NCBI GenBank assembly: GCA_937127285.1
Contig: CAKZLV010000055.1
Location: 159 to 64,158, forward strand
Direction: 5' to 3'
DNA: 64,000 nt
From: an uncultured Bacteroidota bacterium
GTDB lineage: Bacteria; Bacteroidota; Rhodothermia; Rhodothermales; Salinibacteraceae
The notes beneath the pieces were generated by a model, which saw nothing but the letters and a program-made list of their open reading frames with translations, searched no databases and had not been told where the DNA came from. Shown piece by piece: positions 28,261 to 38,022 of this stretch (position 1 is its first letter; the number at the start of each line of letters is the position of its first letter). A program made the position numbers and the translations under genes.

Positions 28261-30819
28261 TTACCCCTTCTTCGACTTCGCCGTCGGGGTGGCGGAGAGG
28301 GGGTCGTCGGGCCAGTAGTGCTTCGGGTAGCGGCCGCGCATGTCTCTGCGGACGTCGTAGTAGGTGTCGTCCCAGAAGTTGGCCAGGTCCTGCGTGATCT
28401 GAACCGGGCGCTGGGCGGGAGAGAGCAGGTGGAGCGTGAGCGGGACGCGTCCGCCGGCGATGCGCGGGGTGTCCGTCTTCCCGAACATCTCCTGCAGGCG
28501 CACAGCGAGGACCGGACGCTCCGGGTCGGAGTAGTCGATCGGGCGGCGGTTGCCGCTGGGGACGGTGACGTGCGTGGGGGCGAGGTCGTCGAGGCGATCG
28601 CGCTGCTCCCACGACAGCATGTCCTGCAGGAGCTGCGTCGCGTGGAGCTGCTTCAGGTCGTCGGCGCGCTTCATGCCGTAGACGTGCGGGGTCAGCCACT
28701 CGTCCAGCATCTCCAGCAGCGTCTCGCGGCGGACGTCCGGCCAGTCGTCCTCGCCGAGGTGATGATGCAGGAAGACGATTCGGTTCTGAAGCTGGCGCGC
28801 CTTCTTCGTCCACTTCAACAGATCGAGGCCCTCCTGGCGGACGCCCTCGACCATCGCCTCGGCCACTTCGGTGGGATCCGGGTCGGGAAGCGGAGCATCC
28901 TGCAGGATGACGGCGCCGAGGCGCTCCCGGCGACGGGCGCGGACGAGCTGCGCGTCGGCGTCCCACCCCACGTCCGTTTCCACCTCGATCTGATCGCCGA
29001 AGTAGTCGGTCAGGTCGTCTTCCGCAATCGGGGCCGCCAGCAAAATCCGGTTCTCCCCGCGCCGGCGGTCGACGTGGGCGGCGACGAGGTAGTCGGCATC
29101 CGAGAGGAGTTGGGGCTTCGGGAGCTCCGCGCTGCGGCCGTTGAAGAGCCGAAAGCGCCCGGCGTGTCCGGCCGAGGCGCCGGTCCGGCGCTGGGCGATG
29201 CGGTCCGGATACGCAAATGCGGTAAGCAGGCCGCACGCCTCCACGTCGCCGGTTTTGTTGCGGGAGACGTTCATTTTCTGCCGCCAGTGGTCGGCCACCT
29301 TGCGGACGCGACCGACGGCGCCGTAGGGCACCATATAGTCACGGGCGTGATTCGGCGTCGGGCGGTCTCCGCGGCGCAGGCGGTGCAGCGATTCGAGGCG
29401 CAGGCGCAGGTCGACGTCCGGGGCCTCGCCCTGCCCCTTAAAGATGTCGCGCTCGCTCAGGAGCGCCGCCAGATCGCACGCCACGGCACCGTGTTCCAGC
29501 ATCTCGCCGTTCAGCAGCATGTGGGCGAGGCGCGGATGCAGGCCGATCTCGGCCATGCGGCGCCCGTGCTCGGTGATGTCGCCGGACGCGTCGAGCGCAC
29601 CGAGGCGACGCAGAAGATCCCGGGCCTGGTCGTAGGCTCCTTCGGGAGGGGGGTCGAGCCAGCGGAGTTCGGCGGGATCGTGCGTCCCCCACGAGGCCAA
29701 CTCCAGAGCGAGGGGCGCGAGATCTGCGTTGGCGATCTCCGGCGGCGTGTGCGCCTTCAGGTGCTGGTGCGTGTGGCGCGTCCACAGCCGGTGGCACACG
29801 CCCGGACTCGTCCGGCCCGCCCGTCCCTTCCGTTGATCGGCGGAGGCCTTCGAGACTTTCACCGTCGCCAGACGCGTCATCCCGCTCTGCGGATCGAAGC
29901 GCGGCGTGCGCACGAGTCCGCTGTCAACGACGACGCGAATGCCCTCGATCGTAAGGCTCGTCTCGGCGATGTCGGTTGACAGGACGACCTTGCGCGTGCC
30001 TTCAGGCGCCGGCTCGATGGCCGCGTCCTGCTCTTTCGCCGGCATGTTGCCGAAGAGCGGGTGCAGCTCGACGTCGTCCGGCAGCGCGGCCTCTTCCAGG
30101 CGGGATTCCGTGCGCTTGATCTCTCCCGCCCCGGGAAGAAACACCAGCACGCTCCCGTCTTCCTCGCGGAGGACATCCTGCACCTTTGCGGCGACGGCGT
30201 CTTCGATGCGCCGGCGTCCGCGGGTCGGATTGTCGTCGGCGTAGTGGACGTCGACCGGGTAGGAGCGGCCTTCGCTCTCGATGAGGGGAGCCGACCCGTC
30301 CTCCGGCCCCAGGACGTCGGCGATGGGCCCGGTGTCCAGCGTGGCGCTCATCACCAGGATGCGCAGGTCCGGGCGTACCACCTGCTGGGCCTGCAGGGCG
30401 AGCGCGAGCCCCAGGTCGGCCTGCAGGTTGCGCTCGTGGAACTCGTCGAAGATGACGCACCCGGTTTCGTCGAGCGCGGGGTCGTCCTGGAGCATTCGGG
30501 TGAGGACCCCTTCGGTGACGACCTCGATGCGCGTCCGGTTGCTGACGCGGGTATCCATCCGGACGCGATAGCCGACCGTCTCCCCAGCCTGCTCGCCGAT
30601 CGTCGACGCCATGCGCCGCGCAGCGGCCCGCGCGGCCAGGCGACGCGGCTCGAGCACGATGATCTTGTGCCCGTCCAGCCAGTCCTCCCTCAGAAGCGCG
30701 AGCGGAACCCGCGTCGTCTTCCCCGCCCCCGTCGGGGCCTGCAGCACCGCCTCCGAGCGGTCGCCCAGCACGTCTTTGAGGTCCGGAAGGACTTCTTCAA
30801 TCGGAAGATCTACGGACAT
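28261..30819 (-). CDS. hrpB: ATP-dependent RNA helicase HrpB
   Basis: It has DEAH-box helicase motifs (APTGAGKTT, DEFHER, SATL, TDIAETSLTI, QRKGRAGR) and an HrpB-type C-terminal domain. Confidence 0.9.
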   Translation of the reverse strand: MSVDLPIEEVLPDLKDVLGDRSEAVLQAPTGAGKTTRVPLALLREDWLDGHKIIVLEPRRLAARAAARRMASTIGEQAGETVGYRVRMDTRVSNRTRIEVVTEGVLTRMLQDDPALDETGCVIFDEFHERNLQADLGLALALQAQQVVRPDLRILVMSATLDTGPIADVLGPEDGSAPLIESEGRSYPVDVHYADDNPTRGRRRIEDAVAAKVQDVLREEDGSVLVFLPGAGEIKRTESRLEEAALPDDVELHPLFGNMPAKEQDAAIEPAPEGTRKVVLSTDIAETSLTIEGIRVVVDSGLVRTPRFDPQSGMTRLATVKVSKASADQRKGRAGRTSPGVCHRLWTRHTHQHLKAHTPPEIANADLAPLALELASWGTHDPAELRWLDPPPEGAYDQARDLLRRLGALDASGDITEHGRRMAEIGLHPRLAHMLLNGEMLEHGAVACDLAALLSERDIFKGQGEAPDVDLRLRLESLHRLRRGDRPTPNHARDYMVPYGAVGRVRKVADHWRQKMNVSRNKTGDVEACGLLTAFAYPDRIAQRRTGASAGHAGRFRLFNGRSAELPKPQLLSDADYLVAAHVDRRRGENRILLAAPIAEDDLTDYFGDQIEVETDVGWDADAQLVRARRRERLGAVILQDAPLPDPDPTEVAEAMVEGVRQEGLDLLKWTKKARQLQNRIVFLHHHLGEDDWPDVRRETLLEMLDEWLTPHVYGMKRADDLKQLHATQLLQDMLSWEQRDRLDDLAPTHVTVPSGNRRPIDYSDPERPVLAVRLQEMFGKTDTPRIAGGRVPLTLHLLSPAQRPVQITQDLANFWDDTYYDVRRDMRGRYPKHYWPDDPLSATPTAKSKKG

Positions 30820-30963
30820 CAGCGAAGCGAATCAACCGGCAGAGAATGCGTACCTCTCCCCGTGCACCGCGAAGAAACCGGGCTCAAGGCGGACCGACTA
30901 TGCACGGGGGGACGCAGAGAAGGGTTTCGGTCGTTCGCTCCGTGCCCTCCGAATCGGGGGCCG

Positions 30964-31056
30964 CTACGCCACCTGTCCCAGAATCGCAAAGATCGTAAAG
31001 ATGCCGACCAAGATGCCGGCCGCAATCAGTATTTGTCGTTTCACGCGTCGGTTCAT
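30964..31056 (-). CDS. Possible 30-aa single-pass membrane micro-protein
   Basis: My own translation gives MNRRVKRQILIAAGILVGIFTIFAILGQVA*. A GGAGGG Shine-Dalgarno-like motif lies 7 nt upstream. The ORF is below the track's length cut-off and has no homology support. Confidence 0.3.
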   Translation of the reverse strand: MNRRVKRQILIAAGILVGIFTIFAILGQVA

Positions 31057-31711
31057 GACTGTACCCTCCCCGCTCAGGGGCGGCTTGTGCGGGTTGTGAG
31101 TTCTCGATTCCTGGAAGTCAACGGACAATTTCCGTCTCGTCTGACGGCCGTTACCAGCCGTTGCAGTACGGTATGGTAAGATCGAGCACCCCCCACAACA
31201 GTTTCAAGCGGAAACGGCCGAATGCCCTCGGCACGAGGCCCAGCCCCCGTCCTCCTTCGGATCGGTCCCTGTTCGCCAGGGTGACCTCTTTTTTCCGGGT
31301 TTTCTGCGGGCGCTCTCCACCGGCGTGCTCGGGGGAAGCAAAACCGGGAGGAGCCCGGCGGGAGAAAGGGCCGAGCGAAGCGTCTGGGCGTGCGTTTGCC
31401 GCACGTTGCGGAACGCGCTGCGGCGGGAGGGCGGAACCACCTTCGGGTCGACGCCTACGGTGGACAGTGGACCGGCGGGCAGTGGACTCGGGATCTGCCG
31501 GGGCAACAACATCGTTGCGTTTTTTCGTCAACGGGGCGAGGCAGCGGTCATACACAGCATGTGCGGTTGCGAACAGCCGCCTGCCCGGCGTCCGTCGGGC
31601 GGCTCAGCAGCCCTGCCGGCCCCCTGCGCATGGCTTCGCGAAGGCAGACGCTGTGCCCGCCCCGCCCGGTCTGGTTTACGCGGACTCTTCCCTCACCCAT
31701 TCCTTCAGTCC

Positions 31712-32143
31712 ATGCACGACACGCTTGAGTCGCCGGATCAGAACATTTGCGGCATCAAACTGAGCAACACGCTGACCGAGGACGACCTCGACGGGTTGGC
31801 GTCGCACGTTCGAGAGCCGCTTGAAAAGTACACGACGGTGCGATTCCTCTTTCAGGTTGACGGAGTCGACGGATGGGAACCGGAGGAAGGGTGGGAGGAT
31901 CTCGCCTTTGATCTCCGCCACGTGCAGAACGTCGACAAGGTGGCCGTCCTCGGCGACGACGTGTGGGATCCTCTCGCCGAAAAGATTCGCTTTCTCTTCC
32001 CGGAGAGCAGCGTCGAATCGTTCGACGAGGACGACGAAGAAGAGGCCTGGGACTGGGTTCGCGGCGACATGGCCGTTCCGGGCATCGGTCCGGGAAGCGT
32101 GCCCGAACCGGACGCCAGCGCGCAAGACGAAGACGACGAGTAG
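31712..32143 (+). CDS. STAS/SEC14-like (SpoIIAA-like, DUF3478) domain protein
   Basis: The ORF was trimmed to MHDTLES. The pattern VRFLFQVDGVDGWEPEEGWEDLAFDLRH..NVDKVAVLGDDVW...EEEAWDWV is typical of this family. Confidence 0.7.
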   Translation: MHDTLESPDQNICGIKLSNTLTEDDLDGLASHVREPLEKYTTVRFLFQVDGVDGWEPEEGWEDLAFDLRHVQNVDKVAVLGDDVWDPLAEKIRFLFPESSVESFDEDDEEEAWDWVRGDMAVPGIGPGSVPEPDASAQDEDDE

Positions 32144-32212
32144 TCGGCGCCACCCCTTCCGGCACTTGCTTCGCCCGTTGCGCCGATCCTGCCGCGCCGA
32201 CCCTGCCGTGCC

Positions 32213-32446
32213 ATGGCTCGAACCGATCTTTCCGACGTCGAAACGGACATTCTGAACACGCTGTCCGAAGAGGGCAGCGCCGACCTGTACGCTCTGGCTC
32301 GGTCTGTCGGTATGGGGCCGCGGTCCATCCAGGCCGCGCTGCAGCGTCTTGCCCGCGACGGCCTGGTGGACGTGGCCGACCGCGGGGCCTCGTTTCGGTG
32401 TACGCGAGACGGACAGCGCGCCGTGAGCGGGAAGCACGCGCCCTGA
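32213..32446 (+). CDS. Small winged-helix DNA-binding protein (MarR/ArsR-like fold)
   Basis: This 77-aa ORF shows ILNTLSEEGSADLYALARSVGMGPRSIQAALQRLARDGLV. There is no further support. Confidence 0.5.
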   Translation: MARTDLSDVETDILNTLSEEGSADLYALARSVGMGPRSIQAALQRLARDGLVDVADRGASFRCTRDGQRAVSGKHAP

Positions 32447-32596
32447 CATGCGAAAGGGCAGTTCCGGAGGAGCCGGTCCGAAGAAGCCGTGCGAGGAGCC
32501 TCTACAAACGGCGAATGTCGGTGCCGCCTGGCGTTTTGCCCCCCGCCGCACCGGCGCCGCGCTACGCCAACTCCGCGCCACAACCGTTTCGCGCAC

Positions 32597-32630
32597 AAAA
32601 AACCCCGCCTCGTCGCAGAACGAGGCGGGG
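32597..32630 (-). terminator. Rho-independent terminator downstream of tRNA-Thr
   Basis: A 10-bp GC stem (CCCCGCCTCG / CGAGGCGGGG) with an 8-nt loop is followed on the minus strand by TTTTTT. Confidence 0.75.
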
Positions 32631-32635
32631 TGCGG

Positions 32636-32708
32636 AGCCAACGACCGGACTCGAACCGGTGACCTGTCCCTTACGAGGGGACTGCTCTACCAACTGAGCT
32701 ACGTTGGC
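32636..32708 (-). tRNA. tRNA-Thr (anticodon CGT)
   Basis: I folded the cloverleaf by hand. The acceptor stem is GCCAACG/CGTTGGC, the D stem GCTC/GAGC, the anticodon stem GTCCC/GGGAC with loop CTCGTAA, and the T stem ACCGG/CCGGT with loop TTCGAGT. It is 73 nt and the CCA tail is not encoded. Confidence 0.95.
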
Positions 32709-32920
32709 TTTGTCTACCTGTACTTTCTGCCTGTGCGTACCGGCGCGCTGTGCGAGACGGCCTGCGCAGCAGGAATCGTCTTCGAAAGCAATACGGTCAG
32801 ACGAGCGCACCGCCGTCTTGATCCTGCTCCCGTCTCGTTTCCTGTCCGGTTTCACGCCGGATTAACCGGGCCTCTGCGTTCGCCCTCCCGCCTCATCCTC
32901 CCTGCCGTCCGCTTCCTCCC

Positions 32921-33664
32921 ATGATCACTCTGACCGGCGTTTCGAAGCACTACGGCGACACCGTTGCCGTAGACGACGTGGACCTCACCGTCGAAGCCGG
33001 GCAAACGACCGTTCTCATCGGACCGTCCGGCAGCGGAAAGTCGACCCTCCTCCGCCTAATGAACGGCCTCATCACGCCGACCGCCGGCGCGGTGACGTTC
33101 GACGGCACCCCCGTCGAGCAGGCGTCGACGCACGCTCTGCGGCATCGAATGGGATATGTCATTCAGGAAGGCGGGCTCTTCCCCCACCTCACCGGACGCA
33201 GCAATGCAGCGCTTCTCGCCCGCCACCTGGGATGGCCCGACGACCGGGTCGATGCCCGGATCGCGGAGCTGACCGACCTCGTCCAACTCCCTCCCAACCG
33301 CCTCGAACAGTACCCGAGCGAACTGTCCGGTGGGCAGCGGCAACGCGTCAGCCTCATGCGTGCCCTCATGCTGGACCCGGACGTGCTTTTGCTGGACGAA
33401 CCCCTGGGCGCTCTCGACCCGATGATCCGCGCAGACCTGCAGGACGATTTGCGGTCGATCTTCCGCGATCTCGGCAAGACGGTCGTCCTCGTCACGCACG
33501 ACATCGGAGAGGCCGGGTACTTCGGGGACGCCGTCGCCCTGCTGCGTCGGGGCCGAATCGTGCAGCGCGGCTCTATGCACGCCCTCGTTCACGCCCCGTC
33601 GTCGCCGTTCGTGGAGGACTTCATCCAGGCCCAGCGCGCTCCACTCGAACATCTCGAAGAATGA
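32921..33664 (+). CDS. ABC transporter ATP-binding protein (osmoprotectant/glycine-betaine-type importer)
   Basis: It has Walker A (GPSGSGKST), the ABC signature (LSGGQRQR) and Walker B (LLLDEP). It is followed by a fused binding-protein/permease gene. Confidence 0.9.
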   Translation: MITLTGVSKHYGDTVAVDDVDLTVEAGQTTVLIGPSGSGKSTLLRLMNGLITPTAGAVTFDGTPVEQASTHALRHRMGYVIQEGGLFPHLTGRSNAALLARHLGWPDDRVDARIAELTDLVQLPPNRLEQYPSELSGGQRQRVSLMRALMLDPDVLLLDEPLGALDPMIRADLQDDLRSIFRDLGKTVVLVTHDIGEAGYFGDAVALLRRGRIVQRGSMHALVHAPSSPFVEDFIQAQRAPLEHLEE

Positions 33665-33788
33665 TCGAAGGATGAGCGCCATACATCGACGGAGGGGACG
33701 CGGAAGGACGGAGAACCCCCTTCCGTCCCCCTGCGCGCCGCTTCCGGCATCCCCCGCAGTTCTTCGTCTCCGTTCTCTGCACGCCCGC

Positions 33789-35300
33789 ATGACGCTCGCT
33801 TTTTCGCTCCCCTTCTCGCGCCTCCTGTCGGGAATCGCCCTGGTGCTGGGGCTCTCTCTGGCCGCCCGGCCGGCGGCGCAGGCCCAGCCGGCGGACTCCA
33901 GCCTGACGGTCGGGTCGAAAAAGTTCACCGAGAACGTCATTCTCGGCTGGATGGCGGTCGACGTGATGCAGGCGCGTGGGTTCGAGGTTGCGCACCGCTC
34001 TCAACTGGGCGGGTCTCGGTTCTTGTGGGACGCCCTCGTGCGCGGAGATATCGACGTGTACCCGGAGTACACCGGGACGCTCATTCAGGAGATTCTCGCC
34101 GAGTCGGGGGGGACGCGCTCGACGCTGGCCGACACCCTGGCCCGGTACGGCGTCGCCATGACCGAGCCGCTCGGGTTCAACAACACGTACGCGATCGGCG
34201 TCCGCGCCGACCTTGCCGACTCGCTCGACCTCCGCACGATCGGCGATCTGCGCCGGCATCCGGAGCTGCAGCTAGGCTTCTCGAACGAGTTTATGGACCG
34301 GAGCGACGGATGGCCGGGGCTGCAGGACGCGTACAACCTGCCGCAGGACGCCCGCGGCGTCGACCACGATCTCGGCTACCGGGGCCTCGTCAACGGCTCG
34401 CTCGACGCGATCGACCTGTACTCGACCGACGCCGAGATCGAACAGTACGACATCCGCGTGCTGGAGGACAACCGGGACTACTTCGGGACCTACGAGGCCA
34501 TCCTGCTGTACCGGACGGATCTTCCGGCCGCCGCCGAGGCCGGACTGCAGCAGCTGGAGGGCCGTTTCTCGGAGCAGACCATGCAGGGCCTCAACGCCCG
34601 CGCCAAGATTGACCAGGTGGACGAACCGGTCGTCGCGGCCAACTACCTGAACGAGGCGCTCAACCTGGAGGCAACCGCCGAGACGCCGAGCCGGATGGAA
34701 CGAGTCGGCGTCCGGACGGAGGAACACCTCGTTCTCGTGGGGCTGTCGCTGGGGCTCGCCATTCTGCTGGGGATCCCGCTCGGCATCCTGGCGGCCAAGT
34801 CGCGCATCGTCGGCCCGGGCGTTCTTCTCGTGGTCGGCATCATCTACACGATTCCCTCCCTCGCCCTCCTCGCCGTGATGGTGCCGCCGCTGGGGGTGGG
34901 GCAGCTCCCGGCCGTGCTGGCCCTTTTCCTGTACAGCCTCCTTCCCATCGTCTGGAACACCTACACCGGGCTGAACGACCTGTCGCGCCCCCTGGTTGAG
35001 TCGGCCGAAGCCCTCGGGCTCTCCGCGGCGTCGAAGCTCGTTCGCGTGGAAATCCCGCTGGCGGCGCGCTCGATCCTGGCCGGCGTGAAGATCGCCGCCG
35101 TAATCAACATCGGGACGGCCACGCTGGGCGCTCTCATCGGCGCCGGCGGCTACGGCCAGCCGATCCTGACGGGCATCCGGCGGGCGAACCTGGGACTGAT
35201 CCTGGAGGGAACCGTCCCGGCCGCCGTGCTCACGATCCTCGTACTTGCCCTCCTGGAAATTCTGGAGCGCACGCTGCTCCCCCGATCGATGCGAACCTGA
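33789..35300 (+). CDS. Osmoprotectant ABC transporter, fused substrate-binding domain and permease
   Basis: The ORF was trimmed to MTLAFSL (signal peptide). The OpuBC/OsmF-like binding domain shows GSKKFTENVILG, DVYPEYTGT and LEDNRDYFG. The C-terminal BPD-type permease shows EALGLS..KLVRVEIPLA. Confidence 0.85.
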   Translation: MTLAFSLPFSRLLSGIALVLGLSLAARPAAQAQPADSSLTVGSKKFTENVILGWMAVDVMQARGFEVAHRSQLGGSRFLWDALVRGDIDVYPEYTGTLIQEILAESGGTRSTLADTLARYGVAMTEPLGFNNTYAIGVRADLADSLDLRTIGDLRRHPELQLGFSNEFMDRSDGWPGLQDAYNLPQDARGVDHDLGYRGLVNGSLDAIDLYSTDAEIEQYDIRVLEDNRDYFGTYEAILLYRTDLPAAAEAGLQQLEGRFSEQTMQGLNARAKIDQVDEPVVAANYLNEALNLEATAETPSRMERVGVRTEEHLVLVGLSLGLAILLGIPLGILAAKSRIVGPGVLLVVGIIYTIPSLALLAVMVPPLGVGQLPAVLALFLYSLLPIVWNTYTGLNDLSRPLVESAEALGLSAASKLVRVEIPLAARSILAGVKIAAVINIGTATLGALIGAGGYGQPILTGIRRANLGLILEGTVPAAVLTILVLALLEILERTLLPRSMRT

Positions 35301-35355
35301 TCTCGCTCTCTCACCGCTCTCTCTTCCCTCGAACACCGAACCGCACCGACGATCC

Positions 35356-36933
35356 ATGTCTCCCTCCGCCTCCGACGTCCCCTCCCCGCCCGCAACCGAA
35401 CCGATCCCGGCCGAGGTCGAGGCGCTCCGCGAGCATCTCGCACCGATTCAGGACCTTCGCACCGCCGCGCAGGTTCTGTCGTGGGACCAGGAGACCTACA
35501 TGCCGTCCGGCGGCGCCGAGGCGCGGGCGCACCAGCTCTCTACCCTGCAGCGCCTTGCGCACGAGCGCTTCGTCGCCGACGAAACCGGCCGGCTCCTCTC
35601 CGATGCGGAAGCGGCCGCCGACGGCCTCGACCCGGAAAGCGATGCCGCGAGCCTCGTCCGGGTCACGCGCCGAGACTTCGACCGGGAGCGGACGGTGCCG
35701 TCCGATCTCGTGGCGCGGATGTCGCAGGCGGTCTCCCGCGCGAAAGAAGCCTGGAAGTCGGCCCGCGCCGACGATGACTTCGACGCGTTCGCGCCCCACC
35801 TGGAGACGATCGTGGAACTGAACGTCGAGAAGGCCGAGGCGATCGGCTACAAGGAGGAGGCGTACGACGCCCTGCTCGACGAGTACGAGCCCGGCATGAC
35901 CACGGCCGAGGTGGCCGACACCTTCGACCGGCTTCGCAAGGACCTCGTCCCCCTCGTCGACGCCATCGCCGACGCGCCGCAGATCGACGATTCGGTGCTT
36001 CAGGGCTCGTTTCCGGTCGAGGCCCAAAAGGCGTTCGGAGAGGACATCATCCGGGAGATCGGGTACGACTTCGACCGGGGGCGCCAGGACGTATCCGCCC
36101 ACCCCTTTACCACCTCGTTCGGCGTCGGGGACGTGCGCCTCACGACGCGCTTCGACGAAAATCACTTCGGGTCGTCGCTCTACTCGACACTCCACGAGGC
36201 GGGCCACGGGATGTACGAGCAGGGCATCGACCCCGACCTGGAGCGCACGCCCCTCGCCGAAGGTGCCTCGCTCGGTATCCACGAATCCCAGTCCCGCTTC
36301 GTCGAAAACCAGATCGGGCGGAGCCGGGCGTTCTGGGAGCGGTACGCCCCGATGGCGCGCGAGGCGTTTCCGGATGCGCTCGCCGATGCCGGGGCCGACG
36401 ACCTGTACCGGGCCGTCAACCGCGTCGAGCCGTCCCTCATCCGGGTGGAGGCCGACGAGGTGACCTACAACCTTCACGTCATGCTCCGCTTCGAACTGGA
36501 GCGCGGCCTCGTGCGCGGAGACGTGGACGTACGCGAGCTGCCGGATCTCTGGCGAGACAAGATGGACACCTACCTCGGCGTCGTTCCCGACACCGACGCC
36601 AACGGCGTGCTGCAGGACGTGCACTGGTCGCTCGGCGCAATCGGCTACTTCCCGACGTACGCCCTGGGCACGCTGATGTCCGCCCAGATCGCCGAAGCGA
36701 TGGAGGCCGACCTCGGAGATCTCGATGCCCGGGTGTCCCGGGGCGAGTTCCAGCCGATTCTCGACTGGCTGCGAACGCACATCCACCGGCACGGCCGCAA
36801 GTACACCGCTCCGGAACTCCTAAAGCGGGCCACCGGAGAGGCGTTTTCCGCCGACGCCTGGCTGCAGTCCATTCGCGAGAAGTACGGCGCCCTGTACGAC
36901 GCCTCCCTCCCCCAACCCGGAGACGCGACCTGA
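35356..36933 (+). CDS. Carboxypeptidase Taq-like M32 metallopeptidase
   Basis: The M32 motifs are present: HPFT, DVRLTTR, HEAGHGMY, GIHESQSR, IRVEADE and LQDVHWS. Confidence 0.9.
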   Translation: MSPSASDVPSPPATEPIPAEVEALREHLAPIQDLRTAAQVLSWDQETYMPSGGAEARAHQLSTLQRLAHERFVADETGRLLSDAEAAADGLDPESDAASLVRVTRRDFDRERTVPSDLVARMSQAVSRAKEAWKSARADDDFDAFAPHLETIVELNVEKAEAIGYKEEAYDALLDEYEPGMTTAEVADTFDRLRKDLVPLVDAIADAPQIDDSVLQGSFPVEAQKAFGEDIIREIGYDFDRGRQDVSAHPFTTSFGVGDVRLTTRFDENHFGSSLYSTLHEAGHGMYEQGIDPDLERTPLAEGASLGIHESQSRFVENQIGRSRAFWERYAPMAREAFPDALADAGADDLYRAVNRVEPSLIRVEADEVTYNLHVMLRFELERGLVRGDVDVRELPDLWRDKMDTYLGVVPDTDANGVLQDVHWSLGAIGYFPTYALGTLMSAQIAEAMEADLGDLDARVSRGEFQPILDWLRTHIHRHGRKYTAPELLKRATGEAFSADAWLQSIREKYGALYDASLPQPGDAT

Positions 36934-36969
36934 GGGCGCGTCGGTGCCGGCGGCGCCGGTGCCGACCTC

Positions 36970-37431
36970 TCACGATTCGAGCGCGTCGGTGGATGCATCG
37001 CAGCCGGAGGACGCCTCGTCGGGCTTGGTGAGGTGAGATCCGGCCTGCGAGAGCTGCTCGCTTCGTAGCAGGCGAATGAAGACCTCGCGGGCTGCCTCGC
37101 CCTCCAACCCGGCCCGGTTCGCCCGGGCGAAGAAGTCCCGGATCGTCAGCCGCTCCGGAAGCGAGCGGTAGAGGTCGTGGACGGCCTGGGCGCGGCTCTC
37201 CTCCTTGTCGTTCGCTTCGGCCGTGGAGGCGAGGTCGTCATACAGACGCACGATGGTCGCCTCCTGCCGAAGCTGCCGGTTTTCTTTTTGAAGACGGGCC
37301 ACCCGGTCCCGCAGCCGTTGCACCTCCGCGCGAAGATTCTGCACCTCCTCGCGGTCGTCGTTGGGCGGATCCGACGACCGGGGGCCGTCCCGTCCGGCAT
37401 CCGGCGGTGAGGACGCATCACGAGAGGGCAT
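36970..37431 (-). CDS. Hypothetical coiled-coil protein
   Basis: The ORF was trimmed to MPSRDASS. It has a heptad-rich segment EVQNLRAEVQRLRDRVARLQKENRQLRQE and no recognisable family. Confidence 0.45.
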   Translation of the reverse strand: MPSRDASSPPDAGRDGPRSSDPPNDDREEVQNLRAEVQRLRDRVARLQKENRQLRQEATIVRLYDDLASTAEANDKEESRAQAVHDLYRSLPERLTIRDFFARANRAGLEGEAAREVFIRLLRSEQLSQAGSHLTKPDEASSGCDASTDALES

Positions 37432-38022
37432 GACAGAGGGGAATTCACGAAGGGAATGACGGCATCGGCCTCCGGGTCGGCGGGCCTCCGGGCCGCGGGG
37501 CGCCGGGTGAACGGGCCGCCGGGTGGGCGAGGCTTTCGCAGCCTCCGTCCGGCACCGGCCGTCTTTCGGGACGCGGAGGGGCAAACCGCCCCTTCCTCCG
37601 CTTGTTGGCCGTTCGCGGCGGATTACAGGAGAGCCCTCGGTTTGGAGGATGTCTTGACACGAGAAAAAGAGTAGAAACACACCTCTTTTTCCGAAACCCA
37701 GGCACGATCCGGATCGGCTCCGGGTCCTTTCTCCCCGCTTTTGTAACAAAGATGAAGCCAGGCGTCGCCGCGGAGGGCGACCCGAGACGAGACGCGTCGC
37801 ACTGCGTCCGAGACCACGCATGTTCCGGGGCGCAACGTGCGAAACGGGCGCAACATGCGATCCGGGCGTGACGCCGGGGGCAAGCATGCGCTGCCTCCAC
37901 TGGCCCTTTATCGGCGCGATTGCTTATGTTGCCGATGTGTACGGTGCAGGCCTCCGCTGAAGCGTTCCGCGCCTGCGGCGTCGACCCTTCTCGTTCCTCC
38001 CTGCTGGCGCTCTCTTCCCCCG

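Noticed and set aside
28054-29979. 641-aa plus-strand ORF
   Set aside because: It is antisense to hrpB, which has complete DEAH-helicase motifs.
31151-31763. Several 100-200-aa ORFs on both strands in the 30.8-31.7 kb gap
   Set aside because: All are Arg/Pro/Gly/Ser-rich and mutually overlapping, with no motifs. The region is better described as non-coding.
36934-36969. Possible terminator hairpin after the M32 carboxypeptidase
   Set aside because: The GGTGCCG segments are direct repeats, not inverted, so no stable stem forms.
37653-37692. TTGACA-containing promoter or hairpin upstream of the prolyl oligopeptidase
   Set aside because: The only -10-like hexamer is 12 nt from the TTGACA, which is the wrong spacing. 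The A/T-rich 9-bp hairpin has no clear terminator context, so the evidence is too weak to annotate.
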